Source: Paraphysomonas bandaiensis (taxonomy: Eukaryota; Protista; Chrysophyceae). Taken from it: a stretch of 64,000 bases of DNA. The translations under genes and the position numbers were made by a program. Numbering within the stretch: the first letter of the stretch is position 1; the number at the start of each line of letters is the position of its first letter. The stretch lies in contig CBFFRP010000186.1 of the NCBI GenBank assembly GCA_965644295.1, forward strand, positions 1 to 64,000, given 5' to 3'. The notes beneath the pieces were generated by a model. That model saw nothing but the letters and a program-made list of their open reading frames with translations, had not been told where the DNA came from and did no database searches. Positions 1 through 11,450 of this stretch are shown here, one piece after another.

Positions 1-685
1 CTGAATAAGTTCAAGCATTTCTTTATCATACTTTAAAGAAAGGAGCCGATTTTTTAAAACTATTTTGTTTATTGTTTGTTGCGTGTGTGTATTCAACTAT
101 TTATTAACCTTCATCCGTTTTTTCTTTTTGACATCTTTCATGGCCTTTTTAAAATTATCTCTTTAAACCATTTTGCTTTTTAATAATTTTTTAATTGGTA
201 ATAACGTAAAAATTATTTTGAATAGAATAAATTATTTTGATAAATTATTTTGAAAAAATATTTTGAATAGAATAAATATTTTTGATAAATTATTTTGAAA
301 AGTATTCATGAGTTAAACAATGAAAATTATTTTGAAAATTTATTTTTTGCTTGCAACTACTACGATGACTATCACTAACCCTTACCTTATATCTTTCCAG
401 CAACTACGACTAGTCCGCTTTATTACTTCGTCTACTAATAAGTTTATTTTTGAGTATAGTAATTAGTATATTTATTCTATTATCATACGTCTTTTATAAA
501 AAAAATTATTAAAAATTTCTAAAAATATACTCAAAAATATACTATAAAATATTAAGGTTCTTTATTACTTTTTGAATTTTAAGTATATTTTATAGTATAT
601 TTTTTAAATTTGTTTTTTAATTTATTACTTTTTAAATATTATATTAACTTTATATATTTAAGTTATTTTATAGCTTTAAGCCCTG
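1..685. mobile_element. Probable right end of an AT-rich non-autonomous hAT-like element (left end outside the window)
   Basis: Very AT-rich tract with repeated AAATTATTTTGA units. It ends abruptly at GCCCTG (680-685), the same terminus as the CAGGGC...GCCCTG MITEs elsewhere in the window. The partner terminus and TSD are not visible. Confidence 0.35.
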
Positions 686-711
686 TTTACAGAGGGCGTT
701 ATATTAGCTCG

Positions 712-1841
712 CTAATGGAAGAGAGGATAAGAAAAACTTGATTTTTCGTTCATCGTATTTGTTCTGTGTGTGTCATACGTCCAGTTTGCCAGTAGCGGTA
801 CAGTTTCATTAATAATAAACTCATCGCCTACATTCGGATGCAAAATATTGTATGTATGAGAGCAATCAACTGTAGGTCTCGTTGTGGGGTGGTCTGTGGG
901 AAATGTCGTAGGCATATCAGTTGGTGCCACAGTGGGAAGAAAAGTTGACTCTACTGATGGCTAGGTACTTGGTTGATCTGACGGTGCTGCTGATGGTACA
1001 GATGTGGGAGCCGCAGTGGGAAGAAAAGTTGGCTCTACTGATGGCGAGGTACTTGGTTGATCTGACGGTGCTGCTGATGGTACAGATGTGGGAGCCGCAG
1101 TGGGAAAATGAGTTGGCTTTACTGTTGGCGAGGTACTTGGTTGATCTGACGGTGCTGCTGATGGGCCAACAGTGGGAAATCTCGTAGGCGTATCAGTTGG
1201 TGCCGGAGTGGGATGAACTGTTGGCGCTACAGAGGGTTGTGCAGAGGGTACATGCGTGGGAGCCGAGGTGGTACCGGGATACATACATCACTATCACATC
1301 CAGATGTGAACCCAATAGGGCACTCAAACACCCGGTGGTACTCCTATATGTGTCTGGTGGACAGTCTAGGCGGGCCCAAACTCTGCGAGTGGTATCAAAA
1401 TTACTACTCACACTGTTATCATCACACTCCCGTCTAAAACCGCTACCTCGAATAGTCCAGTTATGCTTATATTTCTCCCTGAAGGGAAACCTAAGAATGC
1501 TCCACTCTCGAAAGCATCATTTGTGGATTCTGGAAGATATGCTGTATGATCACTCAGAGGTATGAAACCGTCACTCCAGTATGAGGGATGATTTTTCTTT
1601 TTCCCACTGTAAGCAGTGTGGATAATATGAGGCTCGGCTGTTTTAAAATGCACTTTTCGTGAGTGTGATGCTGAAGTACGCTCAAACCTATCCTCTCGTA
1701 TGAGGTCATGGGTGTACCCCGTAGATTCTGTATGTGAGTTCGAATACAGTGATAAGGGTGCAACATCAGGCACTAGTACTGGATTAGTCCCCCCTTCACG
1801 TATACAGTTGTATAGTTGTGTCCACCCCCCTTTATCAGTGT
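712..1841 (-). pseudogene. 3' part of a secreted protein gene with a fibrinogen-like YCDxxTDGGGWT motif and Pro/Thr/Ser (PTxxPS) mucin-like repeats
   Basis: ORF pieces 1408-1872, 961-1284 and 712-930 read ...TDKGGWTQLYNCIREGGTNP...SHSRKVHFKT... and then PTAAPTSVPSAAPSDQPST repeats. There is a premature TAG at 961-963 and frame breaks. It joins 13879-14027 once the Gypsy element is removed. Confidence 0.75.
930..1181 (-). repeat. 84-bp coding tandem repeat, about 3 copies (28-aa PT/PS unit)
   Basis: The unit CAGTGGGAAGAAAAGTTG...GATGTGGGAGCCG recurs at about 930, 1014 and 1098. Confidence 0.9.
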
Positions 1842-2267
1842 TGTAACTTTTCTGTGCCCGCAGATGACTCACAAACCGTGACTCAACTCTGAATGGACCA
1901 AGAAAAGATGATCTCTTGTCTAGACTCTACAACCCACCAAAATAGTATCCGCCAGCGGGCTGCGATACTGTCCAGGGCGCAACGACGGGCGCACTGCCAG
2001 AAACACTAACAAACCGTAGGTGCTCTTTAAGAAAAGTAAATTATAAAGTCAGTGACAAGAATGAGCAAACACCCATCTCGTTCAACGTAGATCAACACTA
2101 CACTACGATCAACACTTCACACTCGAAAACAATATTCACGTACTAAAACCAATATTCACATACGAAAACTTCGACTATCTACGAAATCACGTATTTTGTA
2201 CTAAAACTTCGAAGTTCTGGACTTCAGTCCAAATCGAATATGAATCGCCGTCAAAAAACTGAAAAAC

Positions 2268-4751
2268 CCACCGATCTATGTAAAACTAAAGGCTGGATTT
2301 TTGGGAGTTGTGTAAAATAATTTACACGAGAAAAAATTATTCTCTATTGTAGTGTGTGTGAGTTTTTGGGTTTAGCGAAACTAGAAGAACTATGTAAAAT
2401 GAATTACACAACCTAAACTAAAAAATCCCCTGGTTTTTCACTCAAAAATGTCACAAAACTACACATTTTCAAGATAATAATCGGCATATTGTCCACAGAA
2501 TCCAGAGGCAGATATCTGTTAGCTTAGAGGATACGATGCGATACTTCTAGTAGTAAAGAGGAACGCAGGCTGTGATATGATCATAACCTCACTGGGAATA
2601 CATGAGCTCATAGTTCTTTCATGCCACATGCTGCTGGTTGTTGATTTAGCTGGTGAAAGGTATGGTTAAGTGGCAATCATACAGGAGAGTTGGTCTATTT
2701 CAAAGACAGAGATAGCAGAGTTGATTCCATGACCATAACACCAGAGGGCTCTCAGGTAATACGATCGGATGATATTGTAATATATTCAATTTAGTGGTTC
2801 GAAACAGAGCATATTAATATACTCATACTGCAGAGCTGATCATCAGAGAGACTCACATAAGAATAACTCCACTTGAGTGTCATTCTCCTCTCTGATTTGA
2901 AGGTAAATACTACTATGATTGTCCTGTAACACCAGAGGAGTCTTAGGGTAACGTTCTTGAATTATGTTGTGAAAATATTTAATTTAGAAATTTTGATTCT
3001 ATGATACAGAGCATATGACGAAAATGACACTTCAGAGCTCGATAATGGAGAGACCCACGCAAGAATAACTTCAATTGTCAATTGAGTATGTATATACTAA
3101 TATGAATGTAAGATATATTACTTTCTCACTGTGCCCTATACGTATTGATGTAAATAAGGACGGTGTATTGAAACATGTCAATCATTGTCACCTAGATATA
3201 GGGTGCTTTGTATCTTGATATTTACCATCTATCATAAATAGAATATTAGTGCTACCTGTAACACTCTGCAGAGGATGAATACGCCAGCCTATTAGTAGAA
3301 TATTATGTTGACATTACCATGATACCTGGTAATCGTAGGTAGTATATATTGATTATTCATAATAAGATGCAATTTCTTCACTCTGGAAGTTGCTTGTAAA
3401 TAGTATTGTAATTGTAGACTTATCCATAGTTGTTGATTTATTGCTATTATGGAAGAAGCGCCTAAGAAAGACGTTCTAAGTTAAGTGCAGCTATTGCAGT
3501 ACTAAGAATGCTGTTGGAAGAAAATGATCCACTAATGGCTGGTTACCCCAATGAGGAGTATGTCAGGAGCGTTGGACTTATGGTTGGATTAAATGATGCC
3601 AATATCGACATATGATATTGCACTAATACACGTGCCTAATCGCCTCCCTATAGGTGGTATCTATAACCTCTACATTTCCTACTGATAAGTATCCCTATTT
3701 ATATTAAAATGTACCTACAGGCACTGCCTACATGTATCAATACTACCTATAGGTACTACCTAAAAATATAATACCAATACGACCTAGAGGTACTATAATT
3801 AACAACAATAAACACAGTATAATATATATATTGCAAAGTAGGAAATAAAATAAAAACCAGCAATATTGCAGATCTGTATCAATTATGAAAAGACAAAGCA
3901 TGTATTCAATTAAAATAAGACGGTATTCGCATTAACATCTTACGAAGTAAAAATTAACGGCAATTACTACTTAGAACCTACTAATATACATACCACGAGA
4001 AATCTGAACCAAAGTGTAAACTAGCTCCCAATCACCTGCTAAGAAGCAGAAGCATTGTGCACTTCAGATGTCTTCACCGCCAATCTGAGTTCAGTTAGCT
4101 TCCAAGGTAATGATAACATTTGTTCGTCCAAGCCATCTTACACCGATCTTACACCGAGATAACTTCTCGGGTACGATACTGATACAGAGGTGTATATATA
4201 GGAAATAATTTACCCAAAATATTATTTCTATTAATTGCATGCATTAATAATACTAACATGAACGCTGCCCCCCATTGATGGATATTGAAGATGCTAACGG
4301 TCACATTACTTGAATCCTTGAATTATCGGGAGAACTTCACAGGATGCACACTGAGCATGCATTCTGCAAAATAACGATTCAAGCAGTATTTTATCCTCTT
4401 GTAAGGGCCCTCTTCCACTTCACTGTCTCTTCTGATGGCAATAACCACACACATGACTCAGTTGTCTCAAGCGGATAAAAGTCATCATACTGGTCTTGAA
4501 CAGCATGAATCTTGCAGTACAGTGAAGTCATGTCAGTCCATTAACGACTCCATCAATCGTCCTTTGTTTTAATCTGCAGGTTGGGTCATAATTTCACCCC
4601 ACAATAGACTGTCTGTGTGTCTATGTATGGTCACATGACCCTCACATCTAACACACTCCTGCCAGTATACCAGCAACCGTATATACAAAATACATACTCT
4701 AATAATACGTAATTTACACAATTTTACATAGTTTCGACCGTTTAGAAAAAC
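2268..4751. mobile_element. Non-autonomous 2,484-bp inserted element, copy 1 of a head-to-tail dimer
   Basis: Absent from the intact LTR. GAAAAAC at 2261-2267 and 4745-4751, subterminal inverted CTATGTAAAA/TTTTACATAG, and no ORF of 60 aa or more in the ORF track. Confidence 0.85.
3449..3639 (+). pseudogene. Decayed homeobox-like fragment (TALE-like); second copy at 5933-6123
   Basis: With one frameshift it translates as MEEAPKK/RSKLSAAIAVLRMLLEENDPLMAGYPNEEYVRSVGLMVGLNDANIDI*YCTNTRA. The TGA falls where the helix-3 Trp is expected. Confidence 0.45.
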
Positions 4752-7235
4752 CCACCGATCTATGTAAAACTAAAGGCTGGATTTTTGGGAGTTGTGTAAA
4801 ATAATTTACACGAGAAAAAATTATTCTCTATTGTAGTGTGTGTGAGTTTTTGGGTTTAGCGAAACTAGAAGAACTATGTAAAATGAATTACACAACCTAA
4901 ACTAAAAAATCCCCTGGTTTTTCACTCAAAAATGTCACAAAACTACACATTTTCAAGATAATAATCGGCATATTGTCCACAGAATCCAGAGGCAGATATC
5001 TGTTAGCTTAGAGGATACGATGCGATACTTCTAGTAGTAAAGAGGAACGCAGGCTGTGATATGATCATAACCTCACTGGGAATACATGAGCTCATAGTTC
5101 TTTCATGCCACATGCTGCTGGTTGTTGATTTAGCTGGTGAAAGGTATGGTTAAGTGGCAATCATACAGGAGAGTTGGTCTATTTCAAAGACAGAGATAGC
5201 AGAGTTGATTCCATGACCATAACACCAGAGGGCTCTCAGGTAATACGATCGGATGATATTGTAATATATTCAATTTAGTGGTTCGAAACAGAGCATATTA
5301 ATATACTCATACTGCAGAGCTGATCATCAGAGAGACTCACATAAGAATAACTCCACTTGAGTGTCATTCTCCTCTCTGATTTGAAGGTAAATACTACTAT
5401 GATTGTCCTGTAACACCAGAGGAGTCTTAGGGTAACGTTCTTGAATTATGTTGTGAAAATATTTAATTTAGAAATTTTGATTCTATGATACAGAGCATAT
5501 GACGAAAATGACACTTCAGAGCTCGATAATGGAGAGACCCACGCAAGAATAACTTCAATTGTCAATTGAGTATGTATATACTAATATGAATGTAAGATAT
5601 ATTACTTTCTCACTGTGCCCTATACGTATTGATGTAAATAAGGACGGTGTATTGAAACATGTCAATCATTGTCACCTAGATATAGGGTGCTTTGTATCTT
5701 GATATTTACCATCTATCATAAATAGAATATTAGTGCTACCTGTAACACTCTGCAGAGGATGAATACGCCAGCCTATTAGTAGAATATTATGTTGACATTA
5801 CCATGATACCTGGTAATCGTAGGTAGTATATATTGATTATTCATAATAAGATGCAATTTCTTCACTCTGGAAGTTGCTTGTAAATAGTATTGTAATTGTA
5901 GACTTATCCATAGTTGTTGATTTATTGCTATTATGGAAGAAGCGCCTAAGAAAGACGTTCTAAGTTAAGTGCAGCTATTGCAGTACTAAGAATGCTGTTG
6001 GAAGAAAATGATCCACTAATGGCTGGTTACCCCAATGAGGAGTATGTCAGGAGCGTTGGACTTATGGTTGGATTAAATGATGCCAATATCGACATATGAT
6101 ATTGCACTAATACACGTGCCTAATCGCCTCCCTATAGGTGGTATCTATAACCTCTACATTTCCTACTGATAAGTATCCCTATTTATATTAAAATGTACCT
6201 ACAGGCACTGCCTACATGTATCAATACTACCTATAGGTACTACCTAAAAATATAATACCAATACGACCTAGAGGTACTATAATTAACAACAATAAACACA
6301 GTATAATATATATATTGCAAAGTAGGAAATAAAATAAAAACCAGCAATATTGCAGATCTGTATCAATTATGAAAAGACAAAGCATGTATTCAATTAAAAT
6401 AAGACGGTATTCGCATTAACATCTTACGAAGTAAAAATTAACGGCAATTACTACTTAGAACCTACTAATATACATACCACGAGAAATCTGAACCAAAGTG
6501 TAAACTAGCTCCCAATCACCTGCTAAGAAGCAGAAGCATTGTGCACTTCAGATGTCTTCACCGCCAATCTGAGTTCAGTTAGCTTCCAAGGTAATGATAA
6601 CATTTGTTCGTCCAAGCCATCTTACACCGATCTTACACCGAGATAACTTCTCGGGTACGATACTGATACAGAGGTGTATATATAGGAAATAATTTACCCA
6701 AAATATTATTTCTATTAATTGCATGCATTAATAATACTAACATGAACGCTGCCCCCCATTGATGGATATTGAAGATGCTAACGGTCACATTACTTGAATC
6801 CTTGAATTATCGGGAGAACTTCACAGGATGCACACTGAGCATGCATTCTGCAAAATAACGATTCAAGCAGTATTTTATCCTCTTGTAAGGGCCCTCTTCC
6901 ACTTCACTGTCTCTTCTGATGGCAATAACCACACACATGACTCAGTTGTCTCAAGCGGATAAAAGTCATCATACTGGTCTTGAACAGCATGAATCTTGCA
7001 GTACAGTGAAGTCATGTCAGTCCATTAACGACTCCATCAATCGTCCTTTGTTTTAATCTGCAGGTTGGGTCATAATTTCACCCCACAATAGACTGTCTGT
7101 GTGTCTATGTATGGTCACATGACCCTCACATCTAACACACTCCTGCCAGTATACCAGCAACCGTATATACAAAATACATACTCTAATAATACGTAATTTA
7201 CACAATTTTACATAGTTTCGACCGTTTAGAAAAAC
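4752..7235. mobile_element. Non-autonomous 2,484-bp inserted element, copy 2
   Basis: Appears identical to copy 1 at an offset of 2,484 bp. It ends in GAAAAAC (7229-7235), after which the LTR resumes. Confidence 0.85.
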
Positions 7236-7448
7236 GTATCTCAGCTACTAAACTGAAAACCTCGAATGTCGTAAACTGAAAAGGTAACTCCCAAATACAG
7301 TGAATATACCCTGTATATGACAACCTCTATATGCATATGTATACCATATATATACCATATACTGCTCCAGATATATACGATATATACACACTATATACAG
7401 CACAGTATTCTATATACAAATACACGCAGTGTATACTGCTGCGTGACA

Positions 7449-7468
7449 CTACCCTCTTTTTCCTTCCA
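7449..7468 (-). promoter_or_regulatory. Polypurine tract (plus-strand primer)
   Basis: The minus strand reads GGAAGGAAAAAGAGGGTAG directly before the TGTCACGC start of the 3' LTR. Confidence 0.85.
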
Positions 7469-7505
7469 ACGGATAAGAGATTCCGGAAATTAGGAAAATT
7501 CAAAA

Positions 7506-10500
7506 TTAAGAGAGGATATTGGGAAATCTGGCACAGAAGGCGGAGTCTACCAGAACCATGGTGTCAGGGTTAAAATCTCGTGTAGTTCCATAGTTCTGGA
7601 CATCATAGGCTGACCATTCAAAAGTAGAGTTAAAGAGAGAACAATACACATCAATAGTGATCCTTTTGCGGCCCGCCCAACGCTTATAGACACATTGAAC
7701 TACATAAAGAGTATCATATGCATTAGGTAATTCTAAAGCGTCATAGAAGTCTGCACCCCACGCTCGAAGATTAACAAAGACAACGTCTCCAGGTATCACA
7801 GTGGATATAACACACTTCTTGAGTTTAGTCTTCTGTTGCACTGCTTCCTTTGCAGAAAAACGTAAGGGAAACAATTCAGGGACACTGAAAATATATTCAT
7901 GAAAAGCTTCACTTGTCGCAAGATCAGTAGAATATGGCATCCACAACAACGATTGATCGGAGAAGAGAACTCTGAAATCCATAGTAGTTCTTTTTTCGGG
8001 GTCCCCTCTATAAGCCACCACTTTGTCAAGAGAAAATTGCCTATAGTCAATCATTGCTATGCGAAAAGCCTCCTCCTTGCTACCAAAGAATGGCTTCAAC
8101 CAAGACATATGTAACGTCACATCAAACCGCATTACTAAATGAGTACAAATAACATCGGCCTTGTACGTGGATACTACTTCATACGGTCCTTTGAATCGAG
8201 GATATAATTTGGACGGCTTATGTTTCGTTACATCCAGTTTAAACAAAACAAGCTGGCCTGGTTGATATTGAGTCATTTTCTCTGCTGGGGTTTTGGACAT
8301 ACGTTTATTCTGAATTTTCTTCTGAACTTCACACGCAATTTTCCTGATAGCTTTAAGGTTATCATTGAAATTGGAAATATAAGTCGAAGAAGCAAATTCA
8401 TCTGAAGAACTGTCAGGGATATGAAAATACTTTGAATCCATTGTTCCAAACGTAAACTCAAAAGGTGAAAGACCCGTCTCACTTGAAATTTCATCGTTGA
8501 GAATGAATTGTATCAACAAATAGCATTCTGGGTCACTCCAATTTTCTAATCTTTCGTCATGAACCAATGCACTAAGAAAACGCAATAATTCCCGATTACT
8601 TCGTTCCACCATGTTGGACTCATGTCTATTCACTAACGACATTCTAAAGCGGACTCCAAACCATTTCAGGAGTAACTGAACAACCCTAGCTGTGATATTC
8701 GAACCTGGATCCGATACCATCACTTCAGAAATTCCATATGTGACAAAGTAACTGAACAAAGCACGTGCCACTCCCTCTGCTGAGTAATTACGAGCTGGAT
8801 ATATTCCTACTAGGCGAGATGGTAATTGTTTCACCACATGAATACAACAATAACCATTAGCATCTACCGGAGTAACAGTCAATGTATCGAAACCCACAAA
8901 ATGTCTGCAATTATCAAGATTTAATGCTCTTATCGGTGCTTGCAACGATGTACTCATATCATAACCTAACTTTTGACAAATAGGACATCGATCAATAAAA
9001 TCTTGGATAATTTCTGTTGTCAAGGTATGACCCGGAAATACCTTACTAAGTTTCAACCATGTTCTCTTAGCTCCGTGATGACCCATTCTACCATTGTGTA
9101 CTAGATCAAAAGCTTCTTTTAGAGACTTTGGCTGTAAATTCTGACTAGCTAACTCATCCAAGGCTTTGACTAGTTCCTCTGGGAATTCTGAAACACAAGC
9201 AAGATCATCTGCCTCCGCTGACAACATACCACTCTCATCATACATAAAAAGTTGGTCTTCCGACAACAGACTAGAATTCTCATACTCCACTCCTAGACAC
9301 AATTCAATATCTGAACATGAATCTTCAAGACAAAGATCTAACAACATGACACAAGAAGCTGCTCTCTCCTGTCCCATTCTTGATAACCAATCCGCGAAAC
9401 GATTTAGTTTACCTTTGAAATGTAACAAATCCATATCAAAGTTTTGCATGAACATTCTCATTCGAACTATTCGGTCAACCACTGAAATTTCCATCCACTT
9501 TAGATTTGCATGATCCGTCATAATCGTAAAGTGTTTTCCTCTCAAGTAGTACGACAACTTAAAGATAGAATAGAATATTCCAAAACATTCCTTGTCTATA
9601 GTTGACCATTTGAAAGCAAGATCTGAAAATTTTTTAGAAACCATAGCTATGACCTGAAAAATCTCCTCGTTGTTCTCATTAATAAAAATCTGAATAAGAA
9701 CACCACCACATGCATACTCAGACGCATCAGTCATTAAAATCCACCTGAGATTATAATCTGGATGGTATAGCATCATTGAACGCAAAATAGCTTCCTTAAA
9801 AACCTCAAACTCATGACGATAATCAACTTTCCAAGTACTCTCATCCCAGTTGAAACCCTTTCTAGTTGTATCGTTCAAGTAATGAGTCAAATCACTGTAC
9901 AGAGGAATAAACGGCTTGAAGTAAATCGCCGCTCCTAGAAACCGCTGCATCTCTCTAGTCTTATTCTTGCCTTCTGGAAACGGAATTGACGTCACTGCAC
10001 TTTTACGCTGATCCGTTAGACAATATGTATTATCCTTACAAAGATATCCGAAGAACTCAACTGAAGAAAATCCAAACTTACTTTTTGACAACTTTAACAC
10101 AATGTTATAATATTTGCACTTCTCAATGACCAACTTCAATTTCTGAAATGCATCCTCATAATCATATGCAAGTAACAATAGATTGTCGAAAATTACAACC
10201 ATCCACTCCGAGTATTCAGCAAAGACATCATAAACTATTTGCATTAGAACACCACTAGCCGGAGAGACACCTTCTGGAAGAAACATTGGCTCAAATTGGC
10301 CCCATGGGGTCTGAACTGACAACAACGCTGATGTTTCATTGTGTAATCTTATACCATGGAACGCATTGCATATATCAAGATCAACAAAGATTTTATATCC
10401 TACCGCTTTATGTAACTCGGTAATCACATCAGGGATCGGATAATGCGGTGAAAGAATCTCCTTATTAATCCTTCTATAGTCTCCACAAATTCTGATGAAA

Positions 10501-11450
10501 GGTTTCGTTGCCTTTGGTGCTACAACGATAGGTGACGCATAAGGACTGGTGCTTGGTCGGTAGAAATATTTATTCATTCTCTGAAACTCCTCCTTAGTTT
10601 TCTGATACAACGCAGGTGGAATCCTCCTCATATTCCTGGGCTTAATACGATCGGGAATACTATTCTTGGTCTGTAATCTCAATGGTTTAACATGTTGAAT
10701 ACCTTTCCAATCACAGGGCACAAACACATCAATTGCCTCCTCCTTTAGGAATTGAACCACATCAGTCGCACTAGCAAATTCCGAATTAACTCTAGACTCC
10801 ACTTCTTCCAAATACAACTCTCTTGCTTTCGCAACTGACACTTCCAGAAAATTCAAAATTCCTCCAAAACTACAAGGCTCTGGTATTAGGTCATCCTCCT
10901 CAGCACATTGATTAACTGGATTCTCCCATGGTTGTATAACTGAACCGGACACAATATAATTCTTCAGTTCCTCAACATCATCACTAACAACTGCCAACTG
11001 AGACAACAAATTATTTGAATCATTACTCGCTGATTTAATCATTTTGATAAATAATTCACTGAAATGTTCACATATTGTAGGCAATCCGATAATGATATCC
11101 TTTGTCATTCCTTTCAAAATATACAGTTTAACCCATGCTTCGTACTCCTTATCATGATCTTTGAATACAATTTTCACTGGTACATATCCAGGTATGACTA
11201 CCTCCTGTCCATTTGCTACTCTCACTATTAATTTATTATAAATGACATCCTTTTCCAAAAAACGTTCATATCTCTTGTAAAACTTATCCGATATAAAATT
11301 ATTCGAACTGGCACCCGAATCAAACAAAACGATATCGACATCAATCTCTTCACTATCACTATTTACAATGACACCACAACGATGAGCAGCAGCTCTAAAC
11401 TCCTTGCATGAAAATTGATTCAAGTTCACAACTGCTGTTAACACCTCTAG
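7506..11450 (-). CDS. pol: Gypsy Pol: aspartic protease, RT, RNase H, integrase (HHCC, DDE, GPY/F), chromo-like domain and C-terminal extension
   Basis: LFDSGAS; DLDICNAFH...IFDN; TDAS...E...TDH...ADWLSR; HNGRMGH...CPIC; GFD/VSD/VER; FKGPY. Uninterrupted for about 1,314 codons and in frame with gag. Confidence 0.95.
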   Translation of the reverse strand, partial: LEVLTAVVNLNQFSCKEFRAAAHRCGVIVNSDSEEIDVDIVLFDSGASSNNFISDKFYKRYERFLEKDVIYNKLIVRVANGQEVVIPGYVPVKIVFKDHDKEYEAWVKLYILKGMTKDIIIGLPTICEHFSELFIKMIKSASNDSNNLLSQLAVVSDDVEELKNYIVSGSVIQPWENPVNQCAEEDDLIPEPCSFGGILNFLEVSVAKARELYLEEVESRVNSEFASATDVVQFLKEEAIDVFVPCDWKGIQHVKPLRLQTKNSIPDRIKPRNMRRIPPALYQKTKEEFQRMNKYFYRPSTSPYASPIVVAPKATKPFIRICGDYRRINKEILSPHYPIPDVITELHKAVGYKIFVDLDICNAFHGIRLHNETSALLSVQTPWGQFEPMFLPEGVSPASGVLMQIVYDVFAEYSEWMVVIFDNLLLLAYDYEDAFQKLKLVIEKCKYYNIVLKLSKSKFGFSSVEFFGYLCKDNTYCLTDQRKSAVTSIPFPEGKNKTREMQRFLGAAIYFKPFIPLYSDLTHYLNDTTRKGFNWDESTWKVDYRHEFEVFKEAILRSMMLYHPDYNLRWILMTDASEYACGGVLIQIFINENNEEIFQVIAMVSKKFSDLAFKWSTIDKECFGIFYSIFKLSYYLRGKHFTIMTDHANLKWMEISVVDRIVRMRMFMQNFDMDLLHFKGKLNRFADWLSRMGQERAASCVMLLDLCLEDSCSDIELCLGVEYENSSLLSEDQLFMYDESGMLSAEADDLACVSEFPEELVKALDELASQNLQPKSLKEAFDLVHNGRMGHHGAKRTWLKLSKVFPGHTLTTEIIQDFIDRCPICQKLGYDMSTSLQAPIRALNLDNCRHFVGFDTLTVTPVDANGYCCIHVVKQLPSRLVGIYPARNYSAEGVARALFSYFVTYGISEVMVSDPGSNITARVVQLLLKWFGVRFRMSLVNRHESNMVERSNRELLRFLSALVHDERLENWSDPECYLLIQFILNDEISSETGLSPFEFTFGTMDSKYFHIPDSSSDEFASSTYISNFNDNLKAIRKIACEVQKKIQNKRMSKTPAEKMTQYQPGQLVLFKLDVTKHKPSKLYPRFKGPYEVVSTYKADVICTHLVMRFDVTLHMSWLKPFFGSKEEAFRIAMIDYRQFSLDKVVAYRGDPEKRTTMDFRVLFSDQSLLWMPYSTDLATSEAFHEYIFSVPELFPLRFSAKEAVQQKTKLKKCVISTVIPGDVVFVNLRAWGADFYDALELPNAYDTLYVVQCVYKRWAGRKRITIDVYCSLFNSTFEWSAYDVQNYGTTRDFNPDTMVLVDSAFCARFPNILS

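Larger units (their letters stand above)
1842..7448 (-). repeat. 3' LTR, split into 1842-2267 and 7236-7448 by a 4,968-bp insertion
   Basis: Both pieces match 13240-13878 collinearly; the break lies at CTGAAAAAC|GTATCTC. Confidence 0.95.

Noticed and set aside
921-1187. 84-bp repeats as a CRISPR array or a plus-strand repeat protein
   Set aside because: There are no unique spacers, the context is eukaryotic, and the minus frame gives a typical PT/PS stalk.
4260-4540. Minus-strand relic in the 2,484-bp unit (HAVQDQYDDF...VVIAIRRD...SIFNIHQWGAAF) as a 2OG-Fe(II) oxygenase
   Set aside because: It needs frameshifts and lacks an intact HxD...H triad; too weak without a profile search.
7331-7573. 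Short Tyr/Ile-rich ORFs here and at 13747-13984
   Set aside because: They come from TA-rich LTR sequence and differ beyond the LTR edge.
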